Assembly: GCA_963786935.1 (NCBI GenBank) | Contig: CAWBAN010000001.1 | Span: 1,345,566-1,409,565, forward strand | Origin: an uncultured bacterium | Lineage (GTDB): Bacteria; Krumholzibacteriota; Krumholzibacteriia; Krumholzibacteriales; Krumholzibacteriaceae | Length of the DNA stretch: 64,000 bases | Direction: 5' to 3' | Shown here: one piece after another, positions 52,358 through 62,735 of the stretch | How the letters are laid out: every line of letters starts with the position of its first letter | Numbering within the stretch: position 1 is the stretch's first letter | Notes under the pieces: model-generated | What the model was told of the DNA's origin: nothing | Databases searched by the model: none | Seen by the model: the letters and a program-made list of their open reading frames with translations, nothing else | Program-made: the position numbers and the translations under genes

Positions 52358-52569
52358 GGCGATCAAGGCCTCCTTCCGGGTGCATCCGCCGGCCGGGGAC
52401 GGGTCGCTTCGCATATTGCAACGGCCCACTGCCCTCCCCCCGACGCACCGGCGCAACTTTACACCTAACTGCACCATTTATCAACAATTAAAGAGGCGGC
52501 AAAAAAAGAGGGGGACTGGTACGCATTTCGCTCTCTATTGAATTGGAATACTTTACGCCGGAGTACCAT

Positions 52570-55500
52570 ATGAAAGACTTGCTGACGGGGAAAGTGCCCC
52601 TGTTTCTCACGCCCGAAAAAGCGCTCAAGAAAGTGCACCAGGAACGCTCGCGCGGGGACCTGGCGAGGGCCCGGAAGACCGCGGTCGACGCGCTCGAGAA
52701 ATGGCCCGAGGACTACGACCTCGCCGTCGAGGCCGCGCAGGCGTGTCTCGATCTCTCGGATTATCCCCAGGCCACGAATATCCTCAAGAACGCGCACAAG
52801 CGCCACGCGGACAGGCGGGACGAGATTCTCGATCTCGCGCGGGGCGCGTTCACCCAGTCGTTCAGCACGCTCCTCGGCAGCTTCATCGTCGAGACGCTCC
52901 TCAAGGCGCGGAACATCGAGGGGCTCGCGGACATCCTGCGCGAAAGCCCCGAATCGTTCGCCGCCGATCTCACGAAGCGCGGCGAAACGAGATCGAAGAA
53001 CCTCGCGGGAGAGGGGCAGGGCAAAACGCCGTTCTTCGCCGAGAACGAGCTGCTTCTCGGCGTCCTGCACAAACAGTGCGGGCGTTACGCGGAATCGGTC
53101 GAGTCGCTCGGGAGAGCGCTCGAGATGCTCCCCGCCGACGCGCATGCGATCGGCGGGCTCCTCGTCGAGATCGAGCACGAGCTTCCCGCGAACGCCTTCG
53201 CGAAATACTGCCTCGGGCTCGCCTCGCTGCTCCTGTCGCATCCCGACAAGGCCGAGGTCCGCTTTTTCCAGGCGCTCGAGCTCGAGTCGCCGCCGCTCGA
53301 TCGGATCCTGTCCGCGATCGAGACGTCGAAGCCGCCGTGTCCGAACGGACCCATCCTCACGGGAGAGATACTTTCCCGGACGGGGAGAGCCGCGGACGGG
53401 GCCGCTCTCATGCGCGGATTCCTGTTTCCCGCCGCGCCCCCCGGCGGCCGGGCCGGCGACCCGGCGATCGAGGAGCGGATGCGGCTCGCGGAGCGGCGCC
53501 TCGCGGCCCTTCCGGAAGCGGCATTCGCGGTGAGCGAGATCTCGTTCCTCTACTGCGACGTCGCCGCGGCGCTCGGACTCGTGAAGGAAGCGGTCGCCGT
53601 GCTCGAGCTCATCGCCGCCGACCCCGGCCGGCGGGACGCGGTCGTCGCGTGGCTCGAAACGAACGAAACCGCGGCGCTCACGGCCCCGGCGCAGAATCTC
53701 CTCGCGCGGGCGTACATCGCCGGAGGCTCCGCCGCCAGGGGAGCCCATGCCGCGCGGCGCGCCGTCGAGCTGAACGCGACGCTCGCTCCCGGCCTCATCG
53801 AGTTCGTTCGCGCCGCCGTCGAACGCGCGCCCGGCTGCGCCCCCGGCCTCAAGGCGCTCCTCGCGGAGCTCTACGCCCGCGTCGACGACCGGACGAGCGC
53901 CGAGGAGGTCTTCGGCGCGCTCAAGCGCTCGCGGGACCTCGACGACGCCGCGCTCGTCGCGCTCTCGGCCGAGATCATGAAGCACTGCGGGCTGTTCCTC
54001 ACGGGGGTCGTCTCCGCGCTCGAGATCGCGCTCGACGGCGACGGCGCGGACGACGTGTATCCGCAGGTCCTGGCCCTCTACCGCGAAAAGCCCGAGGAGC
54101 ACGGAGCGCTCGCCTCCTCGATCGAGGAACTCGCCGGCAGCGGCGAGGCGCGCTGGAAAGCGATCGCCGGCATCGTCGACCGCCTCGCGAAGGAAGAGCA
54201 CCTCTCGGATCCGTTCCGCTTCCTGCAGGCGTCCGCGCATTTCTTCATGGGGGGCGTGGAGCGGTCGATCTTCGAGTTCGATCAAATTCTCATGCGCGAC
54301 GGCGGCCTGAAATACCGCGTCATCGAAATCTACAAGAAGGGGCTCGCTCGCTTCGACGCGAACGCGACGCTCCATCTCGCTCTGTACCACCTGTATCTCG
54401 AGGAGGAGATGTTCTCCGACGCCGCCCGCCACCTCTGCCGCACGCTCGAGCTCGATCCGGGCCAGATCCGCGACGTCGTCGCGCAGTTCGGCAAGCTCGT
54501 GGAGCGGGATCCGGGCAACCTCGCCATATGGGAGGAGATGCTCAAGACGGCGCTCGCGATGAGCCGAACGGGGCTCGCCGCGGAAGTGCTCGGGCGGGCC
54601 GTCGCGGCCCTGCCCGCGGAGAAGGCGGCGGCGCTTAACGGCTACGGGGCGAAAATCGCCGCCGCGGACGGAAAATGGGACGACGCGCTCCGGTACATCT
54701 CCCTCGCGCTCGCCGCTGCCGAGACCGACGTCAGAATGCTGGAGGCGGACATCCGCGCGATCGTCGCGCGCGATCCGTCGAACCCGCAGGCGCAGATCCT
54801 CCTCGGAGAGACGCTCCTGCGCCTCGGCCGGGACGCCGAGGCAATCGCCGCGATGAAGCGCTGCATCGACCTCGCGCCCGGCATGCGGGTGCAGGTCGCG
54901 ACGATCCTTGAGCGGTTCCTGCCCCTCAGCGTCGAGCCATGGCACCTCTCCTCGATCCTCGGCGAGATCGCGTGGATCGAAGACCTCCCCGACGAGGCGT
55001 TTCGGCATTTCACCGCGGCGCAGAAGGGTCCCCGCGCGGCGCTCCCGACCCTCAGCGCCTCAATCGAGCGAATCAGGGAGCGCTCCCCCCGGAACGACCG
55101 GCTCGAAACGCTCTACGCGCGGAATCTGGCGCTCGAGGGGCGCTGCGCGGAAGCGGTCGGCATTCTCGAGAGCCTCATTGCCGCGGACGCGGCGCACACG
55201 CGCGCCGCGACCGATATATGCCTCGCGATCGTGGGCGAAGCGCCGGCGCAGCTCGAGGCGAATACGCTCCTCGCCCGCGTCTTCGCCGCGGCCGGGGAGA
55301 CGGAAGAGTCGCGACGCGCGATCGTCAGAATCCTCGCGGACAAGGAAGGGGATCCCGCGCGCCTCGACGCCGCCGTGTCCGAATTTCTCCCGGCCCACGA
55401 GGGGAGCGGAGAATTCCTCGCGCGCTACGCGGCCCTCAAGGCGCGAAGGGGCGAGATGATCGAATCGATCGCGAGGTACCGGCAGGCCCTCGCGATCGAT

Positions 55501-56430
55501 CCCTCCCGCTCCGGAGAGATTCTCTCCGGGCTCGATCGGAGCGAGTGGCCCCGCGATCTGGCCGCGGCCGAGCGTCTCCTCCGCGTCGACTGCCTCATCG
55601 CGGCGGGCACGGATGACGAGGCGTTCTCGCTCCTCGACGCCTTCCCGGCGCAGGAGGGCGCGCTCGTCGACGAGATCGTCGCCCGCATCGAGATCATCGT
55701 CCAGCGGGGACCGAAACGAGAGCATTACTCGCTCGGCGCGGCGCGGCTCGCCGGCGCCGGACGGGTCGCGGAGGCCGAAAGCCTGATCGCGCGGGGGCGC
55801 GGGGCGCTCGGACGGGACGACGCCCTCGACCTCGCGGTCGAGCTCGCCGAGATCCACCTCGGCGCGGGGAACGAGGATCGGGCGGAGCGGCTCTTCGCCG
55901 AAGCGCTCGAGAGCGCTCCCGAGAAGAGCGGCGTGCTCGAGCGCATCGAACGGTCCTGCGCCCGGCGGACCGATCGCGAGATCCGCGATCTCTCCGCGCG
56001 CCTCGAATCGGGCGCGGCGGCCGAAACGGACATCGCGCGTCTCGTGCGACTCGCCGCCGATCGATCGGGCGCGGAGGACGCGCTGGAAATACTCTCGCGC
56101 TGCGCGGTTTCGCGGACGCTTCGGAGAGACCTGCTCGGCGCCGTCTATTTGAGCATGGATCGGCCGGCGCTGGCGTGCGCCGCGTTCGGCGCCGCCGGGG
56201 ACACCGACTTCGGTTCGGACCAGGAACGGTACGATCACCTGTACCTCGCGGGCGTCGCCCGCGAGAGAACGGGGGATCACGGGATGGCGGCCTCTCTCTT
56301 CGCGGCGATCGCGGGAGAGCGGGCCGATTTCAAGGACAGCCGGGAACGGGCCCTGAGGAACTATGCCCGGTTCATCGAATCGAGCTGCGGGGAACGCGCG
56401 CTCGTGCTGGAAAAAACGCAATCGATCTGA
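52570..56430 (+). CDS. very large TPR/helical-repeat protein (~1287 aa), first gene of plus-strand signalling operon
   Basis: Continuous 3.9-kb ORF with alpha-helical repeat composition; ATG with SD GGAG (ORF-track TTG at 52543 less likely). Confidence 0.65.
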   Translation: MKDLLTGKVPLFLTPEKALKKVHQERSRGDLARARKTAVDALEKWPEDYDLAVEAAQACLDLSDYPQATNILKNAHKRHADRRDEILDLARGAFTQSFSTLLGSFIVETLLKARNIEGLADILRESPESFAADLTKRGETRSKNLAGEGQGKTPFFAENELLLGVLHKQCGRYAESVESLGRALEMLPADAHAIGGLLVEIEHELPANAFAKYCLGLASLLLSHPDKAEVRFFQALELESPPLDRILSAIETSKPPCPNGPILTGEILSRTGRAADGAALMRGFLFPAAPPGGRAGDPAIEERMRLAERRLAALPEAAFAVSEISFLYCDVAAALGLVKEAVAVLELIAADPGRRDAVVAWLETNETAALTAPAQNLLARAYIAGGSAARGAHAARRAVELNATLAPGLIEFVRAAVERAPGCAPGLKALLAELYARVDDRTSAEEVFGALKRSRDLDDAALVALSAEIMKHCGLFLTGVVSALEIALDGDGADDVYPQVLALYREKPEEHGALASSIEELAGSGEARWKAIAGIVDRLAKEEHLSDPFRFLQASAHFFMGGVERSIFEFDQILMRDGGLKYRVIEIYKKGLARFDANATLHLALYHLYLEEEMFSDAARHLCRTLELDPGQIRDVVAQFGKLVERDPGNLAIWEEMLKTALAMSRTGLAAEVLGRAVAALPAEKAAALNGYGAKIAAADGKWDDALRYISLALAAAETDVRMLEADIRAIVARDPSNPQAQILLGETLLRLGRDAEAIAAMKRCIDLAPGMRVQVATILERFLPLSVEPWHLSSILGEIAWIEDLPDEAFRHFTAAQKGPRAALPTLSASIERIRERSPRNDRLETLYARNLALEGRCAEAVGILESLIAADAAHTRAATDICLAIVGEAPAQLEANTLLARVFAAAGETEESRRAIVRILADKEGDPARLDAAVSEFLPAHEGSGEFLARYAALKARRGEMIESIARYRQALAIDPSRSGEILSGLDRSEWPRDLAAAERLLRVDCLIAAGTDDEAFSLLDAFPAQEGALVDEIVARIEIIVQRGPKREHYSLGAARLAGAGRVAEAESLIARGRGALGRDDALDLAVELAEIHLGAGNEDRAERLFAEALESAPEKSGVLERIERSCARRTDREIRDLSARLESGAAAETDIARLVRLAADRSGAEDALEILSRCAVSRTLRRDLLGAVYLSMDRPALACAAFGAAGDTDFGSDQERYDHLYLAGVARERTGDHGMAASLFAAIAGERADFKDSRERALRNYARFIESSCGERALVLEKTQSI

Positions 56431-56455
56431 CTCAATCCGGAGGAGAGGTGTACCC

Positions 56456-57655
56456 ATGAAGATCTGCCCGTTGGTCACGCAGGCGTCGATTCTCGACGAC
56501 AAGGAGCTGCTCGTCCACGAGATCGACGACGTGGAGCCGGCGGCGAAAGCCCCGGCGGCTGAAACGCAGCACAGCGGAGTCGAGGACGAGATATTCATCA
56601 ATCCGGAGCCGAGGCCGCATCCGGAAATATCGCCCGCCGACGCGATCATGCCCGCCGTGCCGATCCGCTTTCTCGCGAAATCGTACCGCGGCCGGGTCGA
56701 ATGCCTCGGCGAGCTGTGCAGGTTCCACGACGGCGAGACGCTCGCCTGCCGCCTCGACCGCCTGATCGACGGCGGATCGTCGCGCGACGGCGGCGAACTC
56801 CTCGACGGAATGAAGAAGCTGCGCGAGGCGAGCGAAGCGGTCGCCGCGGAGCTCACCGCGACCGTGGCGCGCCGGTTCGATGAGATCGCGAGCCTCATTC
56901 GCTCGACCTCGGAAGAGAAGCAGAAAGCGATCGAGGCGATATCCCTTACCCTCGACGCGAAGACCGACGAAATCGAGCGTAAGATCGAGTCGGGCGCCGA
57001 GGCGTTCGAGGCCTTCCGCGGCGACGTGTCCGGCTGGCGGGAGGCGCTCGCGAAAAACATCGAGAACCTGGAATCCGGCCTCGGGGAGCACCGGAAGCTC
57101 GTGCGGGAGCTCACGGACAATCATACCGGCATCATGAATCTCGTCGAGGATCAGAAGAAGAGCATCGAGGAGGAGGAGAAGAAGCGCCGCACGACCGAAG
57201 CGCGGCTCATCAACAACGGCGGCGTCATGTCCTACCACAACGGCCAGTACGAGAAAGCGCTCGATCTCTTCAAGAAGGCGATCGACCTCGATCCGACGAT
57301 GACCGAGGCGTATAACAACCTCGGCCTCACCTACACCGAGATCAACGAGGAGGAGAAGGCGACGGAGGCCTTCAAGACGGCGATATCGCTCAGCCCCGAG
57401 CTCGCCGCCGCCTACAACAATCTCGGCTACGTGTTCTACCGTCTCGGCTCGTACCGGGAAGCGATCGAGATGTACAACGAGGCGATCGGCCGGAGCAAGG
57501 ACTCGAGCTCGGCGTACACGAATCTCGGAAACGCCTACTACAAGCTCGAAAAGATCGAGGACGCGATCGGCGCCTGGAAGAAAGCGCTCGCGCTCGATCC
57601 GGCGAACGAAAAGGCCCGGCGCAACCTCAAGCGCTTTCACGCCGAAGTGAAATAG
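56456..57655 (+). CDS. Cys-containing N-domain + coiled-coil + C-terminal 4xTPR protein
   Basis: ATG with SD GGAGGAGAGG 25 nt after the previous stop; canonical TPRs (AYNNLGLTYTE, AYNNLGYVFYRLG, AYTNLGNAYYKLE). Confidence 0.65.
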   Translation: MKICPLVTQASILDDKELLVHEIDDVEPAAKAPAAETQHSGVEDEIFINPEPRPHPEISPADAIMPAVPIRFLAKSYRGRVECLGELCRFHDGETLACRLDRLIDGGSSRDGGELLDGMKKLREASEAVAAELTATVARRFDEIASLIRSTSEEKQKAIEAISLTLDAKTDEIERKIESGAEAFEAFRGDVSGWREALAKNIENLESGLGEHRKLVRELTDNHTGIMNLVEDQKKSIEEEEKKRRTTEARLINNGGVMSYHNGQYEKALDLFKKAIDLDPTMTEAYNNLGLTYTEINEEEKATEAFKTAISLSPELAAAYNNLGYVFYRLGSYREAIEMYNEAIGRSKDSSSAYTNLGNAYYKLEKIEDAIGAWKKALALDPANEKARRNLKRFHAEVK

Positions 57656-57680
57656 CGCGGCGAACGGAGCGATCGGCGAG

Positions 57681-58922
57681 ATGAACAGGCTGCAGGTGCC
57701 GTACCGGATCGTCCTGATGAATCCGCGCGATTTCGATCCATCCGAATTCGACGCGATCATCAGGGATTACGCGACGCGGAGCCGGAAGACCCCGGTCGTC
57801 ATCGAGGTGTTCAACGATCACATCCAGTACTTTCTCTTCCTGAACGAGGGGCAGCTGTACTGGGCGTGCGCGAGCGCCGGCGACGGCTTCCGCCCGCTCC
57901 GGCTGCGCGATTTCCTCCTCGAGGTCAACCGGACCCAGTTCCCGAAGATCATCGTGTACGAGGCCGACATCATCCTGTACCACTCGCTCCTCGTGTACCT
58001 GCAGAAGAAGCCCGACCTAAAGGTCTCCTCGGCGCTCGTCGATCTCGAGGAGCTCATCGTGCGCGCCGAGAAGGATCGCTACAGCGCGATCGTCTCCGCG
58101 CGGAATCCGGGGGTTTTCTTCTTCGTCCGGTTCCAGACCGGAAAGGCGATCGCCTGCTACAGCCTGCGGTCCGAGAAGGGCCCCGCGCCGACCGCGCGGG
58201 AGGATTTTCTCGTCAAGGTCTTCACGATCTCGGCGAAACGCCCGCTCGAAATCAACATGTTCACCGATCTCGCCGTGACGCACGCCGAGGACGTCCGCTC
58301 GATCCCGTCCGACCATACGGGCTCGATCTCGTCGTTTTACCTGAGCCAGCCGCCGCACCTCGTCGTCCGCCTGAAGGGCCGCCCGCTCAAGACGTACCCG
58401 TTCACCGGCGGAGAGATCTCGATCGGGCGGCTCCCGGAAAACGACATCGTCATCGACAATCTGAGCGTGTCGCGCAAGCACGCCGTCATCGCGTCCCGCG
58501 GGGGCGAGTACCTGCTGAGCGACCTCGCGAGCAAGAACGGCACGCTCCTCAACTATCGGCCCGCGACCGAGGCGAAGCTCGTCGACGGCGACGTGATCAC
58601 GATCGGGAAGTACGAGATCCTGTTCCAGATTCCGACGCTCGAGGCGTCGCATCCCGAGGATCTCGACCAGACCGTCGTCATACCGCATTTCAGGCGCCGC
58701 GCGGACGGCGGCGCGCAACAGCCGGGGTCCGCTTCTCCCCGCGTCTCTTCAGAAAATCGGCCATGGAGGAGTATCCGCTCGACAAGGAGCGGATCCGTAT
58801 CGGACGCGGGAAGGATTCCGACATCCGGCTCTCGGGCCTGTTCGGACCCCGCGTCACCGTGGAGGTCGTCCGCCGCGGCTCCGAATACGTGCTGCAGAAG
58901 ACCGGCGGCCGGCGCAAGGTGA
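57681..58922 (+). CDS. FHA-domain protein with ~230-aa uncharacterised N-terminal domain; C-terminal end uncertain (see 58763..59011)
   Basis: FHA core (ISIGRLPENDIVIDNLSVSRKHAVI...SKNGTLLN...DGDVITIG); Arg-rich tail after residue ~340 looks out of frame. Confidence 0.6.
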   Translation: MNRLQVPYRIVLMNPRDFDPSEFDAIIRDYATRSRKTPVVIEVFNDHIQYFLFLNEGQLYWACASAGDGFRPLRLRDFLLEVNRTQFPKIIVYEADIILYHSLLVYLQKKPDLKVSSALVDLEELIVRAEKDRYSAIVSARNPGVFFFVRFQTGKAIACYSLRSEKGPAPTAREDFLVKVFTISAKRPLEINMFTDLAVTHAEDVRSIPSDHTGSISSFYLSQPPHLVVRLKGRPLKTYPFTGGEISIGRLPENDIVIDNLSVSRKHAVIASRGGEYLLSDLASKNGTLLNYRPATEAKLVDGDVITIGKYEILFQIPTLEASHPEDLDQTVVIPHFRRRADGGAQQPGSASPRVSSENRPWRSIRSTRSGSVSDAGRIPTSGSRACSDPASPWRSSAAAPNTCCRRPAAGAR

Positions 58923-59011
58923 CGATCAACGGCGAGGAGATGGACGAGAAGACGCTCGAGGGAGAAGACCTCATCGCGATCGGCTCGGAGGAGTTCATCT
59001 TCAAGGATTGA
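58763..59011 (+). CDS. small FHA-domain protein, or second FHA domain of the preceding gene
   Basis: IRIGRGKDSDIRLSG...GEDLIAIG FHA motifs; ATG lacks a Shine-Dalgarno sequence; the frames would merge at the A4 run at 58753-58756. Confidence 0.5.
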   Translation: MEEYPLDKERIRIGRGKDSDIRLSGLFGPRVTVEVVRRGSEYVLQKTGGRRKVTINGEEMDEKTLEGEDLIAIGSEEFIFKD

Positions 59012-59014
59012 GGC

Positions 59015-59743
59015 ATGAGAATTCTCGTTTTTTCCGATATTCACGGGAACGTCGAGGCGCTCGAGCGGGTGTGCGAGGAAGCCGCCATGCTGCGGCCGGA
59101 CCTGATCGTGTCGCTCGGGGACGTCGTCGGCTACGGCGCGAATCCGAACGAATGCGTCTCCATCGTCCAGGAAACGGCGCAGATCCGCGTCGGCGGGAAC
59201 CACGACGTGGCCGCCGCGGGACTCATCGGCACGGACACCTTCAGCGGAACCGCCCGGAGCGCGATCAAGTGGACCTCGCGCGAGATCCATCCGCGGCACC
59301 GGGACGTCCTCGGCGAATACGACACGGTGCGGCGCTGCGACGATTGCGTCTTCGCCCACGCCTCGCCGCTCTCGCCGATGAGCTGGGAATACGTGTACAC
59401 GATCAACCAGGCGAACGCGATCTTCGAGGGAATCCGCGAACGATTCGCCTTCATCGGCCACACGCACGTGCCCGCGATCATCGAGCATCGCGAGGAGCGG
59501 GGCGCGCGGGTCGTGCGCGGCACGTTCACCGCGATCCAATCCGGTTCCCGGTACCTCGTCAACGTGGGCAGCATCGGACAGCCGCGGGACGGCATCGCGG
59601 CGGCGAGCTTCGCCCTCCTCGACGCGCAGAAGGGAACGATCACGATACGGCGCGTTCCCTACGACATCCGGTCGGCGCAGGAAAAGATCAGGAGCTCGGG
59701 GCTTCCCGAATCGCTCGCGGAAAGGCTGGCGACGGCGCGATGA
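59015..59743 (+). CDS. calcineurin-like metallophosphoesterase (probable Ser/Thr phosphatase partner)
   Basis: ILVFSDIHGN, GDVVGYG, GNHD, GHTHV metal-binding motifs. Confidence 0.8.
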   Translation: MRILVFSDIHGNVEALERVCEEAAMLRPDLIVSLGDVVGYGANPNECVSIVQETAQIRVGGNHDVAAAGLIGTDTFSGTARSAIKWTSREIHPRHRDVLGEYDTVRRCDDCVFAHASPLSPMSWEYVYTINQANAIFEGIRERFAFIGHTHVPAIIEHREERGARVVRGTFTAIQSGSRYLVNVGSIGQPRDGIAAASFALLDAQKGTITIRRVPYDIRSAQEKIRSSGLPESLAERLATAR

Positions 59744-61578
59744 ACGGCACAACCACGAAGAAGTACGAAATCTGCAACACGCTCGCGACCGGCGGCACGG
59801 CCGTGCTCTACAAGGCGATCCAGACGTCGCTCGACCGCCCCGTCGTCATCAAGAAGCTCCACTCGCACCTCATCTCCGATCCGAACTTCACGCGACGGTT
59901 CGAGTTCGAGGCGAAGGCGATCGCGAGCCTCGACCACGAGAACATCGTGCGCATCATCGATTTCGGATCCGCCGAGGGGAGCTGCTTCATCGTGATGGAA
60001 TACATCGACGGACCGTGCCTCCGGGACGTGCTCTCGTCCCGGCGCGTCATCGCCGAGGACCTCGCGCTCATCGTGGCCCGCGAGATCTGCCTCGGCCTCG
60101 ATCACGCGCACCAGCGCGGCATCATCCACCGGGACATCAAGCCGGCCAACATCATGCTGACGATGGACGGACAGGTGAAGATCACGGACTTCGGTCTCGC
60201 GAAGCTCCACCAGAGCCAGACGCAGCAGACGGTCGCCTCGACGCTCCTCGGCACACCCCTCTACATGTCCCCCGAGCAGGCGATCGGCGATTCGATCGAC
60301 GGAAGGAGCGATCTCTTCTCTCTCGGCACGATCTGCTACGAGGCGATGACGGGAACGCAGCCGTTCCTCGGCGGCACCTACGCCGCCGTCATCCAGAACA
60401 TCGTGAGCGGCGGCGTCCCCGCGCCCTCGCGCATCCGGCGCGATCTCAGCGCCGGCGCGGAGGCGATCGTGATGAAAGCGCTCCACCGGGAACCGGGCAA
60501 GCGATTCAGGAGCGCCCTCGAGATGGCGCGCGCCATCGAAACGCACCTCGGCCCCGACGCGATGGCTTCTGCCCGCGAGCGGCTCAGACGGCTCGCCGGC
60601 GGCGAGGACGACCTCGCTCCCGGCGCGCGGCGCCGGGCCCGGAAGCTCCCGTCGCGAAAACGCCTGCTCTTCTTCGGCGCCGCCGCCCTCTGCGTGGCCT
60701 TCGCGGCGGCCGCCGTTCACATGAATCCGGGCGGCGTCGCTCGGCTCGCCGGCGCGGTCCGGGCGATCCGCGCGTCCGATCCGGCTGCCCCGCCCGCGGC
60801 GGCGCCGATTCTCGCGGGCCAGGGCGAGCAGATCCCCGGCGTGTCGATGACGCTCCTCGCCGAGCAGCCGGCGGCGGCGCCGGCAACGATCGAACCGGCG
60901 GCGGTCGGCACCGCGGCGGCCGCGGAGGAGACGCTCCCCGACTCGGGACTCGTCCTCGAGAGCAGCACGGCGCGCCTCTCGCTCCCCGACGCGGAAGAGA
61001 CGAGAAAGGCCGAGCTGGAAAAGGCGAAACTCCTGCAGCAGCCGCTGTCGCCCGTCGAGAAACCCGCCGAGCCTCCGGCCCCGGCGGCCGCGGAGAAGAC
61101 AGCGGCCGCTCACGCGGCGGGCCCCCGGGACGAGGCGCCCGCGACGGGATTCATCGATATCGTCGTCGATCCCGCGGCGGAAATCTCGATCGACGGACGG
61201 CGCCGCACGTTCGCCGAACGTCTCACGATGCTCGAGCTGCCGACGGGATCGCACGAGATCGCCTGCCGCAGCGACGGGTACCGCGACTACGTCGAAACGC
61301 TGCAGGTGAAGCGGGGAGAGCTCTCGCGCAGGAGAATCGATCTCGAGAGGCTCACCGGATCGCTCGTGTTCGAAACGGCGGCGGGCACCCGGATCTTCGT
61401 CGACGGAACGTTCAAGGGCACGGTTCCCCTCGCCGCTCCGCTCGACCTGCCCGTCGGAACGCATCGCATCGAGCTCAAGAATCCCGGGTTCCAGGCGTGG
61501 TCGAACACCGTTTACGTGCCGATCGACGAGACCGTGCGGCTCGCGATCAGCCTCGTGCCGCTCGCCGCTTCAGAGTAG
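59740..61578 (+). CDS. Hanks-type Ser/Thr protein kinase with TM segment and C-terminal PEGA-like domain
   Basis: [27 protein letters not shown] subdomains; TM ([18 protein letters not shown]); C-terminal FIDIVVDP...[14 protein letters not shown]...[13 protein letters not shown] repeat pattern; ATGA overlap with the phosphatase. Confidence 0.85.
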   Translation: MNGTTTKKYEICNTLATGGTAVLYKAIQTSLDRPVVIKKLHSHLISDPNFTRRFEFEAKAIASLDHENIVRIIDFGSAEGSCFIVMEYIDGPCLRDVLSSRRVIAEDLALIVAREICLGLDHAHQRGIIHRDIKPANIMLTMDGQVKITDFGLAKLHQSQTQQTVASTLLGTPLYMSPEQAIGDSIDGRSDLFSLGTICYEAMTGTQPFLGGTYAAVIQNIVSGGVPAPSRIRRDLSAGAEAIVMKALHREPGKRFRSALEMARAIETHLGPDAMASARERLRRLAGGEDDLAPGARRRARKLPSRKRLLFFGAAALCVAFAAAAVHMNPGGVARLAGAVRAIRASDPAAPPAAAPILAGQGEQIPGVSMTLLAEQPAAAPATIEPAAVGTAAAAEETLPDSGLVLESSTARLSLPDAEETRKAELEKAKLLQQPLSPVEKPAEPPAPAAAEKTAAAHAAGPRDEAPATGFIDIVVDPAAEISIDGRRRTFAERLTMLELPTGSHEIACRSDGYRDYVETLQVKRGELSRRRIDLERLTGSLVFETAAGTRIFVDGTFKGTVPLAAPLDLPVGTHRIELKNPGFQAWSNTVYVPIDETVRLAISLVPLAASE

Positions 61579-62670
61579 CGTCGCGGCCGCCCCGACGACT
61601 TCCTCCACCCCGACCGATTCGACGCTCCCGTCCTTCCCGCGAACCGCGACGACCGATGCGGAGACCGGTTTCCACCGTGCCGGATCCGTCGGCCCGAACA
61701 CGGCGACGCATCGCGCGCCGACCGCGCCCGCGATGTGCATGATGCCCGTGTCGTTGCAGAGGGTGATCACCGCGCGTTTCATGAGGGCGCCGAGAAATCC
61801 GAGCGACGGACACGGGAGCACGAACGGCCGCGTCCCGCACGCCCGGAGAAAGGCGTCGAGCGCTTCGGCGTCGAGCGGTCCCCCCGTCGCGACGACGCCG
61901 CACCGGTACCGTTCGGAGAGAATGCCCGCGGCCTCCGCGTACCTGCTCCCCGGCCACACGTTCGCCGCCTTCCCCGCCCCGGGATGGACGACGATGAACC
62001 GCGCCGGCGACCCGAACGATTCGGCGACGAATCGCTCGCAGTCGCGCTCGTCCTCCACCGGCGGAATGAACACGGAGGAGAGGTCCGCGACGCGGACGCC
62101 GATCGCGGACAGCGGATAGATGTTGTGCGCGCTCTCGTGCATGGAGTCGAGCTGCCCGCGCGGCGGCAGCGGCAGCTCGAGATGATAGAAGCGGGACGAG
62201 AGATCGTGGCCGAAGGGCTCGCTCGTGGAGCCGATCCGCGCGCGGGCGCCGCTCGCGACGGCGAGCAGCATGCTCGTCACCGAAAAGGATACGGTATTGA
62301 GGACGATCGCCGCGTCGAAGCGCCGCTTCCTGAGATCGGCGATGAACCGCGCGAGCGCGAAGGGTGCGCCGAGCCCCTTCTTTCGAGGCAGCACGAGCAC
62401 CTCGTCGACGTACGGATTGCGCCGCATGCAGGCCGCGTTGACCGGCGAAGCGAGGAGCGTGATCCTCGCGTCTCCGAAGCGCGCCCGGAGCCCTCGGAAC
62501 GCCGGAACGGCGAGGAGCATGTCTCCCATCTGGTGGTGCTGCCTGATGACGAGGAGCCGCCTAACCGGCATGAGCTCGAATTCCCGGGCGGTCATGCGGC
62601 GCTTCGACAGAAAGAGGGAGACGAGGCGCGCGAGCGCCAGTTTCCCCCGCCTCTCGATCCCTTTGATCAT
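61570..62670 (-). CDS. glycosyltransferase family 9 (LPS heptosyltransferase-like)
   Basis: RLLVIRQHHQMGDMLLAVPAF and C-terminal TGGPLD...CNDTGIMHIAGAVG GT9 signature. Confidence 0.8.
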   Translation of the reverse strand: MIKGIERRGKLALARLVSLFLSKRRMTAREFELMPVRRLLVIRQHHQMGDMLLAVPAFRGLRARFGDARITLLASPVNAACMRRNPYVDEVLVLPRKKGLGAPFALARFIADLRKRRFDAAIVLNTVSFSVTSMLLAVASGARARIGSTSEPFGHDLSSRFYHLELPLPPRGQLDSMHESAHNIYPLSAIGVRVADLSSVFIPPVEDERDCERFVAESFGSPARFIVVHPGAGKAANVWPGSRYAEAAGILSERYRCGVVATGGPLDAEALDAFLRACGTRPFVLPCPSLGFLGALMKRAVITLCNDTGIMHIAGAVGARCVAVFGPTDPARWKPVSASVVAVRGKDGSVESVGVEEVVGAAATLL

Positions 62671-62735
62671 CGGCTCCTCCGAAAAAAAGAAAAATCGCCG
62701 GAACTTTTTTCGCCCCCTCGCGTATTACCCCCAGA

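Noticed and set aside
52358-52500. preQ1 riboswitch upstream of queD
   Set aside because: Looked for the short P1 hairpin with GGUUC loop and A-rich tail of preQ1-I and for preQ1-II features; none evident by eye. Needs a covariance-model scan before concluding absence.
52465-57120. Large minus-strand ORFs (847 aa and 686 aa) opposite the giant TPR gene
   Set aside because: Mirror images of the Ala/Leu/Glu-rich TPR coding strand; no start context or motifs.
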